A DNA stretch of 64,000 nucleotides from Rebecca billardiae RCC1528 (Eukaryota; Protista; Haptophyta), in NCBI GenBank assembly GCA_965240325.2, contig OZ251230.1:992001-1056000 (forward strand), given 5' to 3'. Shown piece by piece: positions 34,172 to 45,229 of this stretch; position 1 is the stretch's first letter, and the number at the start of each line of letters is the position of its first letter. The notes below the pieces were generated by a model. The model did not search any database. It saw only the letters and a program-made list of their open reading frames with translations, and was not told the origin of the DNA. Made by a program: the position numbers and the translations under genes.

Positions 34172-36934
34172 CTACGTACGCGCCTCCTCTGCTGCCGCTG
34201 CTGCAACGGCATTGGCGAGCTGCCGGTGCGAGTGGGACTCGCGCTTGCTGTCGCGCAGCGGCAGCTCGCGCTTGCTGAGAAACGCCGTGCGCTGCCTGCG
34301 GAAAGCGTCTACGAGCGGGCGGCGGATGTACAGGTCGCGCCGCTTGGCGTGCACGCCGTTCACGCGCACGTCCACGTAGAGGTGGCCGGCGTACAGCCCG
34401 GTGCGGCTGCACGCGGCACACTTGCGCCCGCGCTCGCGCTCGCCGCGGCAGACGCCGCACATTGTCGACACATAGACGTCGTACGCGCCGTCGCCGCGGT
34501 CGTACACGGCGACGCCGCCGTCGACCTCCGGCGGCTGGCCGGAGGGCCCGGCTGGGCCGACGGAGGCCACGCGCGCCTCGACCCGATCGCCGCCCCGGCC
34601 CACGGCGTTGCCGTACGCGTCGCGCGTGCGCAGCAAGAACTTGAACTGCTCGCGCGGCTCCTCGGGCGCCTGCGGGTCGGCGCTCGGCCCGTCGAGCACG
34701 GACATGGCGGCGAGGACAGCCGACGGCTGCACGCTGATCTTGAGCTTGGCGATCGGCTGCGTGCCGGCCGGCGCGGCGACGCCCGCGTCGCCCGCGCGCA
34801 TTGCCGCGCGGATCTCCTCCGCCACGTGCCGCTTCGAGCGCGCCCTGCTCAGCGCGCTCGGGCGCGTCGCGGCGCCCGCGGCCGCGTCGTCCGCCTCGTC
34901 GTCGGCGAGCGCGCTCGAGAGTCCGGGCCCTTCGAGCCAGAGCAGGAGCGTGTACGGCCGGCTGCGCGGCGTGGCCTCCTCGAGCACGAAGCTGAGCCGT
35001 GGGCGTGGGATCGGCGGCGGCGCGGCGTCGGCACCGGCCGCGCCGTGCTCCCCTCTCGGCGACGCGCCCGACGTGGCCTGGCCTGGCGCCGGGCGTTGCG
35101 CGCGGCCGTGCGCGCCGGCGCGCGGCGTGCCGTGAGGCGTGCCCGCGTCCGCGGCGCGCGGCGCGGGCTGCAGTTCGTACGCCAGCTGCCGCCGCCAAAG
35201 CTGCTCTGGCAAGGTGGCGTTGCTCAGCTGCGGCTGCTGCCCCGCGTGCGGCTGCTGCGCCGCCACAGCGCTCGAGCTGCCGCCGTGCGCGCCGCGCGCG
35301 GGCCGGCCGGCGTGCGGCTCGGCGCCCAAGCCATGCCGGTGTCCGAACAGGCCCGCGCCCTCAGCCCCCTCCTCCGCCTCCGCGGGCAGCTCAGGCTCTG
35401 GCTCGGCCGGCGGCGGCGCGTACAGCGCGGCGACCACCGCCGTGCGCTCGGGGAAGCTTGTCTCGTTCTCGAACCGATCGAAGATCGCCGCCTCGAGCCA
35501 CACGGACGCACCCGCCTCGTGCGGCTTGCTCGCCGTCGCGGGGCCCTCGAGGCGGCAACGGCTCGGGTCTGGCCGGGCAGGGCGCACGCGCGCGCGCCAG
35601 AGCCGCGCGTACGCCGCAGTGCCGGGCAGAGGCTGCGCGAGCTCCACGCCGTTGAGCTTGAGCTCGAGGCAGGACGTGCCTGCGCGCGCGATGCTGTAGC
35701 TCAGCCGGTACGACCCCTCGCCCAAGTCCTCCGCCTCCTGCCAGCGCGGGCCTCGGCCGGAGCCGCCGGGCGCAGCGCTCGCGGCCGCGCCGGCGGCGGC
35801 CGCGCCGGCGGCCGCTGTCCGGCCTACGGCCCCTGGCGCGGCGGCGGAGGTGGTGCGACTCGGCGGCTTGGCTCGCTCGGCGGCGTCGGCCGCGCCGCCC
35901 TCCGCCGCCGCGCCAGCCTCGCCCAGCACGTGCGCCCGGCCCGCGAGCAGCTCCGCCTCCGAGCGCATCCGCCACTGCACCGCGTCGCCGCCGCGCGTGC
36001 GCTCACGGCCGTGCGCGTCATGCGCACGCAACACCAGGATGCTCTGCTCGCCCGCGGCGAGCTCGGCGACGTGCGCGCCGGCGCGCACGACGGGGCGCAC
36101 GTCCGTGCTCGGCGCGAAGATGCGCACCTGCGCCGCGTCCGGCCCAAAGTACGCGCGCGCCATCGCCGCGCGGCTGAACGCGCCTGCGTGCGCGCGCATC
36201 ACCTGCAGCGCGGCGCCGTCGGCCGCGGCGGTGGCCGCGGCGCGCGCGGCGGAGAGCGCCACGCCCGCCGCCTGCCGGTGGAGGACCCCGAGCTCGAGGT
36301 AGCCCACGCCGTCGGTGAGCGCGTGCTGCAGCGTGGGCAGCTCGAAGCGCACGGCCGACACGCCCAGCCCACCGCCGTCGCGCACCACCTCTGCGCTCAC
36401 GTGCGTGACGGCGCCCGCCGCTGCGCGCCGGCCGCGCGCCGAGCTGTCCGTGCGCGCGCGCGCTCCATTTGTCGACGCGCCGCCCGCCTCCGCCATCTGA
36501 GCCGCGAGCGGCAGCGAGGAGTTGAAGGCGGCGCGCGCCATCGCGTACGCGAGGGTCGTGTTGTGCGCCTGCGCGCGCACGGCCGCGCTCGCCTCGTGCT
36601 CCGCAGAGCCCGGGCCGATCGGCGGGCTGCTGGCTGCAGCCACGGCGGCGGCGCCCGCGGCGGTGCCGAGTGGCGTGCGCGCGCGCGCCGGCGGCGGCGC
36701 CGCGCCGCCCGCGCCGCCGCCGCCGGCGCGCGCGCTGATGTCGCTCAGCCGCACCGCCGGCACGATGGCGTGGACGATCACGCCGAGCCAGCCGTCCTGC
36801 TCCGTCGAGGCGATCCCGCCATCCAGATGCGTCGGTGTCGACTCGGCGTGCCGACCGTCCACGTCGCTGATGGCCGAGCCCACAGCGTGCACCGCCGCCC
36901 CGCCGGCTGCGGCCGAGGCCGACGGGGCGGCGCC

Positions 36935-36968
<34 letters not shown>

Positions 36969-39681
36969 ATCGGGCCCGTGGCAAACGCCGTGCCCGCGCG
37001 GTCACGCGCCGAGGCGTACTCACTCGAGCGCGCCATGTCGGTGAGCGCGCGCACGCGCACGACGAGCGCGCCGTCGCGCGGCAGGTTCTGCACGAGCAGC
37101 GTGACCGCCTGCTCGCCAGAGTTGGCGCAGCGCGCGGGCGAGATGGCCACCATGTGAGGCGTGCGCACGCGAGCAAGCCACGCGCCGCCCGCGCGCGCGC
37201 CGCCGATGGGCGAGCGCGCGCTCGCGCCGCGCGCGCGGTGCGAGCGCGCCTCGCCGCCGAGCAGCAGGAACCGCCCGGCGGCGACGTGCGTCAGCGTCGC
37301 CCCGCTCGCCTCCTCAGGCCAGAGCGACTGCGCGCCGGCGGCGCGCGTCTCGTCCGGCGCGGCCGGCTCCGCGCCTGCGTCTGCGCGCTCGCGCGGCGGC
37401 GCCTCCGCCTCGTCGGCGGCGCCGCCGACGCGCGGCGTGGGCGCTGGCTGCGAGGCGGGCGCGCGAGGCTGTCCCGCCACGCGCGCCGCCGCCGACGCGC
37501 CGCCCTCCGCCACGCCGGGCCGCCTGAGCTGCAGCCACCGGTCCTGCGAGGGCAGGTAGACGAAGCAGTCGCCGAGCGCGACCGCCGTCTTGCCGCAGAA
37601 CTCGGCGTGGGCGTGCGCGGCCGCGCCCTCCGAGCCGCGCCCGCCGAAGGCGAGGAGGGCGGGCATGCACGCGTCGGAGCGCGCGCTCACGGCGTGGGCC
37701 GGGGCCCGCCCGTCGGCCTCGTCGCCCAGCGCGCCCGCCGCCGCCGCCGCCGTCGAGCCGAGCAGCAGCACCACGCTCTGCGCGGCGGCAGCGCAGTGCT
37801 CGCGCGGCGGCGGTCGGACGCCAGCAGAGAGGGGCGCGCTGCCGACCTGCGACCACGTGCTCGTGGGCACGTCGAGCGCGAAGACGAGCTCGTTGAGGAA
37901 GAGGCTGTGCGGCGCGTCGGACAGCGGCACGGTCGAGCGCAGCCGCCCCTCGCGAGCGATCGGCGCGCCGCTGAGCTGGATCGGATTGACCCCGGCATCA
38001 CCGCGCAGGGGCGTCGTGCCCAGCGCAGCCGAGCCGGGCTGTGAGGAGCGCGCGCCCGCGAGCGCGCCGGCAGACTGGGGGCGCGGACGGCGGCCGTCGG
38101 CGTCGGTCGCTGCGCCGGGGGGCTTGCGGTGCGTGGCAGGCTGAGGCCTCGAGGTGGCCTGCGCCGCCGCCGGCTGCTGCTGCTGCTGCTCCGGACCCGG
38201 GCAGCGCCCCCCCCACACGAGCACGCGCGCGCCATCCGCCGTCGACTGCATCGCGTGCCTTGAGAGAGGCGGCGGAGGCGCGCCCCGCGCCTCGACCCGC
38301 TTCCAGCCGATCTCAATGATGTCCGCCCAGTCGGTGCTCGCTGTGAACGCGGTGCCGGACGTGCCGCCGCCTGCGTGGGCCGCCGCCGCCGCCGCCGCGC
38401 CGCCGCCGCTCGCCGCCGCGAGCTCGGCGCGCCGCGCTTGGGCGATGACTGCTGCGGTCGAGCGCCGCCACACGGCGGTCATCCGCCAGAGCTCGGCGCA
38501 CGGGCGCAGCGTGGTTGGTGGCTCCGCCCCACTGCGCTTGAACGAGCTGCCCTGCGCTGCGCCGCCCGCGCCCCGCCGCGGCGAGGGCGAGCGTGAGCCG
38601 CCGCGCTTGCCGTCGCCCATCGCGCCGCCGCCCCTCCGCGGCGCGCGGACCGAGCCGCGCGTGCTGTTGGCGAGCCCCCCGCTGGCCTCCGCGCCGCCGG
38701 CGCCGGCGCCGGCGTGGAGCAGCATGTCGAGCGCGCGTGCCGTCGCCTCCGCACCGTTCGCGCCGTCGCGCACCGCCCTGCGCAGGCTCGCCGCCACCTG
38801 CGCCGTCTTCGCCGCCGAGGGCACCACAAAGGGCGCGGGCGGCGCGCGCCCACCGCCCGCGCCCTCTGCGATCGAGACCTGCCGCGAGCGCGCGGCCGGG
38901 TTGGGGCTCGCGGCCGCGCCGTCCGCGGCTGCGGACGCGAGGGTCTCGGCGGAGGGCGTGCCCAGCGCGCTGCCGCCGCCGCACGGCGTCGCGGCCGCGC
39001 TGCCGCCGCCGTGCGCGGAGCCCGAAGCCTGAGTGAGCGCGGGGCTGGCGCCGGCCGCGCCTCGCGAGTGCTGCTGGTGCGGGCTGGGGGGCTCGACGCG
39101 GAGTGCGCTGAACGGCCCGTCCGGCTGCGAGCCCGGCGTGCCCGGCGTGCCCGTGCGCCCGGACAGCCCGGGCTTCGACCGAAAGCTCGAGGTGGCAGAC
39201 ATCGCGGACGAGGCGGCGCCAAAGCTGCTGCCGCCGCCTCCGCCCTCGGCGGAGCCGCCGCCGCCGCCACTCGCGCCGACTGTGGTCGCAGATGCGGAGG
39301 GCGAGGGCGGCGCGAGCGCGAGGGCAGGGCGCGTAGGGTCGGCCGCCGAGCGCGAGAGCGCGGAGATCGCGAGCGACGCCGTCACCGCGCTCCGCGCCGA
39401 TGCGCCCGCCCCCACGCCCGCCTCTGCGTCCTCCACTGCCCGAGTGCCGACGGCGCGGCCGCTCCCGTGTGCGCTGCACCGGCCGGCCTGCGCGCCGCCG
39501 CCGCCACCGCCGCCACTGCCGCCCGCCATGGGCGAGGCGGGGGCCTGCACGCGCAGGTGGCGCATGCTTTGTGCGGCGGGAGCCACCTGCAGCCTCGACG
39601 TCGAGGCGCTCAGGCAGCTGCTCCGCGCGCTGGCGCCAGGCACCGTCAGGCCGGCCGGCTGGCTACCGCCGCCACCGCCGT

Positions 39682-39713
<32 letters not shown>

Positions 39714-40825
39714 CCCGCCTTGGCGCCGGTGCCGCCGTCGTTTGCGGGGTTCTGCCGTGCGGCGCGCATCGTACGGCTGCGCCAGGCCATGCGCGCCACC
39801 ACCGGCTTCGCCAGGGTCGCGCGCCACTGCTCCGTGCGCTCGTCGAGCGCACCCGCCAGCGCGTCACCCGCGTTGACGGGCAACAAGCTCGCGCCCGCAG
39901 ACTGCGGCCGCGCGCGGCGGCGTCCGGCCTCGGCGCGCGCGTCGGGAGCCGCGGTCGTCGTGGCGTCGGGCCCATCAGAGCCTGCATCCGAGCCCGGGCT
40001 CGCGACGCGCCGCGCACGAGCCTCCGCCTCCGCCGCGGCCGCCTCCGCCGCGCGCCACAGCGACTGCTCCGTCACCGTCACGATCGATGCTCGGCCTACG
40101 CGCGTGCGCCCCTCGGCGCTGAGGTGGGAGGTGTCGAGCGCGGGCGCGGCGACCTCTCCGCCGAAAACGAGCACGTCGTGCCCAACGCTCGCCGCCGCGG
40201 CGAAGCGCCGAGCCGCCGGCGCCACCGTGCGCACGCGCGGCTGCACCCACGTCCACGCGCGCTGCCCGCCGGGCCGCGCGCGCTCCGCCTCGCGCGCGGG
40301 CTCGCCGCCCGCGAGCGGCTCGTCCACGTCGACGGAGGGTAGGCGGAGCGCGCAGACGCGCGCGTCCGCGAGCAGCTCGCCACCCTCGCCCTCGCCGAAG
40401 AGCACGAGCAGCCGCGTGCGCAGCGCTCCCATCGCGAGCGCGCAGTGGCCAAGCCGCGCTCGCGCAGCGGCAGGGCGGCAGCCAGATGCTGGGAGGACGG
40501 ACCAGCGAAGCTCGTGCGCGTCGAGGAGGTGGATGTCGGGCGGCGCGAGCGGTCGGCGCGCCAGCGGCGGCGCGGCGGGCGGCAGCAGCTTCCCGCCGAA
40601 CACTGCGATCGCGCGCTCGGCGCCCGTGCCGACAGCCACCGCGGTGTGGTGCACACGCGAGAGCACGACGGGCGGCGTCTCGAGGCGCTCCCAGTGCAGC
40701 GCGGCGTCGCCCGCGCGACACACCGCACAGTCCCGGTACGAGCACACGTGCGTGCCGCCATGTGCGCACAGGCGCGCGAACGCGTCGCGCGGGAGCGGCT
40801 GCACCACCGGGTCGTCCGTCGCCAT
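34172..40825 (-). CDS. Large Kelch-repeat + filamin/Ig-like repeat protein
   Basis: Kelch motifs (SRVHHTAV..VFGG, RLGHCA..LFG, VLVWGG, LAFGG, LLLGG); filamin repeats (RDAHGRERTRGGD..DLGEGSYRLSY, RDAYGNAVGRGGD..DRGDGAYDV); long low-complexity inserts; ATG at 40825. Confidence 0.8.
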
Positions 40826-41038
40826 GCGCCCGCCGGCCACGACCTTTCAATCGCCTTAGCCGATCGTCGGACGAAACGTTCGTAACCGCTTGCGACTTCA
40901 TAGCGCTCGACTCATGGACTTTGTTCGGGTCCGCGCATGCTTATTGCTTGCGCCCCATCTAATGATCTATGTACGATGTGCCAAGTTATGCCAAGAGTCA
41001 TCAGTACCTACCTGATAATGCCAGTGAGCTCTCATCAC

Positions 41039-42859
41039 TCAATCGAAGGCCTGGCGCGATCGCGCCGGAGCGGCGCCGGCGTTGACGTCGGACCGCAGCG
41101 GCCCTGTCGCGTCAGTCAGGCTATCGGCGCGTGAGCCCGGGAAGTGCCTGCGCATGGCGGCACCGGCGCGGCGGATGCGGCCGAGCTGCGCAGGGATCGG
41201 CGAGACGAGCTCGCGCGCCGATGCCGTCTGCTGCTTCGACGGCTCCGAGACGCCCGTCCGCGGCGAGGGGGAGAGCGGCATGCCAACGCGCGCGCCTGCC
41301 CCGCCCCTCATGCCGCCCACCTTGTGCGCGGCGGCACCGCTGGGCTGCTCGCTTTCGCTGCCGTCGTGGATGCCGAGCACGCCGAGGGAGGCCCGCAGCG
41401 ACTCGAGCCTCGGATGCGCCAACTCGTCAACTGCTCCCGCGCTCACTGTGAGGGGACCATTCGCCGCGCAGCCGCGAGCAAGGCCCGTTGCCGTGTGCTG
41501 TGAGTAGCCGCCGCCGCCAGACGCGCCGCCGCCGGCCGGCGCGCCGCCACCAGAGCCCATGCCGCCGCCACCGCCGCCGGCTTGAGAGCCGGCGGAGCCG
41601 CTGGCGTCATCGCCGGCGCCGCTGCCACCCACGCCCGCGCCCGCGCCCGCCCCGCCGCCGCCCTCACCGCCGCCGCCGCCCCCGCCGGCAGCGTGCGCGT
41701 GGTGGGCGTCCTCACTGCCAGCCGAGAGGGCGCTCCACCGCTGCTGCTCGTCCTCCTCCTCCGTGATGCGGTTGCCGAGGGCCTTGAAGTTGGCGTCGTA
41801 CGTCGTGACGAGCGGGAGCGGCACGCTCGCCGCGAGGCGCGCCACCTCGCCCAGCGCTTCGCCGAGCAGCGCCTCCAGCCCGGCAGTGCTGAGCCCAGCC
41901 GCCGCAGCCTCGCACTGAGCCGTGTCAAGCGGGGCCGCGCCTGCGCTCGCACTGAGCGTGACGGCGACGGCGAGCGCGGTGGTGCCGAGCGGGCGGATGC
42001 GGCCGCACAGGTACGGCCGAATGCTCACGCGCTCGTCGAGGCGGTCATACCCGCCCTGCTCGAAATCCTCCGTGCTGATGTCGCAGAAGTCGGCGAGGAA
42101 GCGGGCGCGCCGCGTGCGCGAGCGGCGTGCGCACAGCCGGCGCCAGTGCGCCTCGAGAGCGGCGTGCTGGCGCGCCGTGGCGTACTGCAGCGCGGGCGAG
42201 CCCGAGTCGGCGCCGCGTGTGCGCGCGTACTGCATCGGCACAGGCGGCACGTCCGCCGTCCCGACTGCCGCCGTTGGGATGCCGAGTGACTGGCACGCCA
42301 GCGCGAGCGCGCTGATGGCTGGCGCATGCACGGACGCCATGCTGCGGTGCTCGTCGCCGTCGGCGGGGGTCGGCAGCACGACCACGCGCAGCCTGGATGC
42401 CGCAAGTGTCGCCTGCTCGCGCAGCATGCGCCCCACGACCTCCGCTGCCGCGGCGGAGAGCACCGCAAGCACGAGCGAGTGTGGCGCCGCGTCGCGCAGA
42501 GCCTGGTCGAGCAGCGCGCGCGCGCCTTCGAGCGCGTCGCGATCGGCGGTGACGAATGGCGGGGCACGGAAAGGCTCTGCGTCGACGTCGGGGTCGCACC
42601 CGCTGCCTCGCGGCGGGGACTCCGGCGCGGCACTCTCGAAGCCCACCGGCACGAGACCGCCGGCCGCGCGGAGCAGCGCGTGGCAGAGGCGCGCGCGCTC
42701 CGCGCCACCGGTGCAGAGCAAGCCGCACAGCGAGATGGCTCCTTGTCGATGGAGTGAGCCTGCGACCAGAAGTGCCAAGCAGTCGTCCGCGTCCTCCCCG
42801 CTGCAGGGGTTCGCCGCCAGCAGCAGCTGCCCGCCGGCGGGGCCTTGCCGTTCCGTCAT
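41039..42859 (-). CDS. Divergent inosine/uridine nucleoside hydrolase-like protein
   Basis: N-terminal GEDADDCLALL..LCGLL resembles the NH DxDxxDD motif; Gly-rich tail; 3' end may be spliced. Confidence 0.5.
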   Translation of the reverse strand: MTERQGPAGGQLLLAANPCSGEDADDCLALLVAGSLHRQGAISLCGLLCTGGAERARLCHALLRAAGGLVPVGFESAAPESPPRGSGCDPDVDAEPFRAPPFVTADRDALEGARALLDQALRDAAPHSLVLAVLSAAAAEVVGRMLREQATLAASRLRVVVLPTPADGDEHRSMASVHAPAISALALACQSLGIPTAAVGTADVPPVPMQYARTRGADSGSPALQYATARQHAALEAHWRRLCARRSRTRRARFLADFCDISTEDFEQGGYDRLDERVSIRPYLCGRIRPLGTTALAVAVTLSASAGAAPLDTAQCEAAAAGLSTAGLEALLGEALGEVARLAASVPLPLVTTYDANFKALGNRITEEEDEQQRWSALSAGSEDAHHAHAAGGGGGGGEGGGGAGAGAGVGGSGAGDDASGSAGSQAGGGGGGMGSGGGAPAGGGASGGGGYSQHTATGLARGCAANGPLTVSAGAVDELAHPRLESLRASLGVLGIHDGSESEQPSGAAAHKVGGMRGGAGARVGMPLSPSPRTGVSEPSKQQTASARELVSPIPAQLGRIRRAGAAMRRHFPGSRADSLTDATGPLRSDVNAGAAPARSRQAFD

Positions 42860-43112
42860 GTGGTTAAGGAAACCTGTTGGGCCTAACCGAGTTGGGTATT
42901 TTCACGTACTTGCTGCTACATTTGGTGAAGCGGGGCCCAATCTCGGCCGCTGGAATTGGAACGCCAAATACGGCACGGCGGTTGGCGTGAATCGTTGCAT
43001 GAATACCTACCGCAACCCAACCCGAGCCTGACTTTGATTGATCGAGCCACGAGGTCATACTGTTGAGCGGTTTGAAGAAAAGTTATTGGTCATAGTTGTA
43101 CCTTGTATGTAC

Positions 43113-43142
43113 TGTGCGTCTCTTATTCTTAAGTAAACTGTA
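43113..43142 (+). repeat. Family-1 element end
   Basis: TGTGCGTCTCTTATTCTTAAGTAAACTGTA. Confidence 0.85.
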
Positions 43143-43885
43143 CTACTTGTAAAGCATCGTGCTTGTACCAGTAGTAGATAGAGCTGTTAACTGTATGATG
43201 AAGGGAGTCCTTCAAAACTCTAGGACGCAGACCGACCTGGCCCTGACGGCTGGGGCTGCAGGGGGGGCTGCCACTGCTCCCGGTTGCTTCCAGCCGTCAA
43301 CGCAGCTGAGCGCGACCCACCTGCCCGGCGAGCCCCCGGTCGTCCCTGCGTCAGCGTGCTTACGCGGCGCCGCTGTGCGCCGACGTTGGCCGGCGGTGCC
43401 GTAATAGTATCGGCGGCGACCAGCCGACCGCCGGCAAGCCCGCAAGTGCGCCGGACCTCCTGTGTGAATCCGGGGCTCTGACCGGGCCCGTCCGGCGATG
43501 ATCAATGATACATTTTACTCAGATTCAGGCACGCACACAGCTCAGGGCCAGGCATCCTCCAATCTGTCTGAATAGATCGGAGCCGTGCTTGCCAGAGCTG
43601 AGGCCGAGTGGGCGTCTAAGGCCGTCTACCCTGTAATATATTTATTTAATAATTTCCTCATCAGGGAAAGTGTAATTAGCTACGCCTACGGCTAGGCACC
43701 GTGACCGTCAACCGTGCAGCAGGATAGCCAGGTCACACAATCACAATGCAGTGAATGCTCATCACAGTTGAGTGAGTTGATGCACGGGTGCGGCGATGAG
43801 CCAGATGCAATCCGGCTTATCGAGCATACCAACAGCCACGCCGTCAGCTCGCTCTTCATGGTGACACTGACAGCGGCGCGGTCCT

Positions 43886-43926
43886 CTGCCTGAGCTGTGT
43901 GCGTCTCTTATTCTTAGTAAACTGTA
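43886..43926 (+). repeat. Family-1 element end
   Basis: CTGCCTGAGCTGTGTGCGTCTCTTATTCTTAGTAAACTGTA. Confidence 0.9.
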
Positions 43927-44014
43927 TTTGCGCGATGATCATAATTCTAGGGCCGTTCTCAGAAGACCGCGTTGTTCATCGCGGTTCGATCCGAGACCGC
44001 CATTGGTCCGCGGC

Positions 44015-44629
44015 ATGTTGGCGGACACGGCGTTACTGGGAACGTCGCCGCAGCTCGTGCCGCTACCGGACACGACGCCGGTCATCGTCATGCGCATTCT
44101 CGACGCGGAGCTCACTGGCGTGCGCCCCCCGTGCTACGACACTCGCACCAAGGCCAAGGTCCACATCAACGGCTTCAAGAAGTTCACAACCGCACGCGCC
44201 GGTGGCGAGATGTATTGGGACGAGGTGATCGAGCTGGAGACATCGATCGACCTGCACAGAGTCTTCCGGGTATCTGTGCAGACGGCCCGTCTCACTCGCA
44301 CGCTCGCGATGGCGGCCATCCCGCTGCGTTCGCTCGAGCTGCTTGCGCGCAAGCACGAGGGAATCGCCGAGTATGCGTTCTCGCTCAAGGACGAGGAGGG
44401 CGAGAAGGTTGTGGGCAAGCTGCGCTGCGAATTGTCCATTCGCGAACCTGAGAAACCGAAGCGACGAAAGTCGATCTTCGACCACATCAACGAGCAGAGT
44501 CACAAGATCAGTGAGGGCGACGGCTTCTGCTCGCGGCTAGCTCGCTGCTTCCGCCCGAAGAAACTGCCCGCCATGACAAAGCGGATGAGTGACGAGGAGG
44601 TGCTGAAAATGGTGCGACAGCTACAATGA
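44015..44629 (+). CDS. C2-domain-like protein
   Basis: Beta-strand pattern VIVMRILDAEL..YWDEVIEL..LAMAAIPLRSL..FSLKDEEGEKVVGKLRCELSI; coding-like codon usage. Confidence 0.65.
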   Translation: MLADTALLGTSPQLVPLPDTTPVIVMRILDAELTGVRPPCYDTRTKAKVHINGFKKFTTARAGGEMYWDEVIELETSIDLHRVFRVSVQTARLTRTLAMAAIPLRSLELLARKHEGIAEYAFSLKDEEGEKVVGKLRCELSIREPEKPKRRKSIFDHINEQSHKISEGDGFCSRLARCFRPKKLPAMTKRMSDEEVLKMVRQLQ

Positions 44630-45039
44630 GGCGCAACGAGCGCCAGTTTGCGCCATTGCAATCCCGCCGGCCCAGTCTTGAGGCTGCGAGGTGGCGGCCC
44701 GTCGAGACTGGCGCAACTGCACCGCGTCCGCGGACTCCGCGGGAGCGGACGGGCTGCGGAGGACAGACTGACCGGACACCGGTCCGGTCGTCGACAGGTG
44801 TTGCACCGGGTGCCGACTCAGAAATTGTTACGCCAGACGACGTGCCACTCACTGACTGAAGTCTCCGATCTCTGGTCAGCAGTCGCGCAGTCGGCAGGGT
44901 GGTGTGTCCGATATCACCCGACACTGCCTAGGAGCGCTTCGTCACTTCGAGTTCGACGCGGACTCGGTGGTGACTGCACTGGCCTGGGCAGTCACTTTCA
45001 ACTTGGCAGTGTGAGTTGCACACTCAAGCACACTGTGGT

Positions 45040-45087
45040 TACAGTTTACTAAGAATAAGAGACGCACACAGCTCAGGCAGGCGAGAT
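45040..45087 (-). repeat. Family-1 element end
   Basis: TACAGTTTACTAAGAATAAGAGACGCACACAGCTCAGGCAGGCGAGAT. Confidence 0.9.
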
Positions 45088-45229
45088 AGTGCTGCTGGAG
45101 TGCTTCCCGAACGCACGACGACTCCAGCCGGAGCGGCAGATTCCAGGATTTCGGCATTTCGCCGGTCATCCTTTTTGGCGCGTGGGCGCCGCGGTCGGGC
45201 CGTGGCGGCATCGTGGCGGTGATCACGTG

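Noticed and set aside
43886-45087. Family-1 repeat as a relict spliced leader
   Set aside because: It occurs in both orientations relative to neighbouring genes and extends to over 200 bp in other copies
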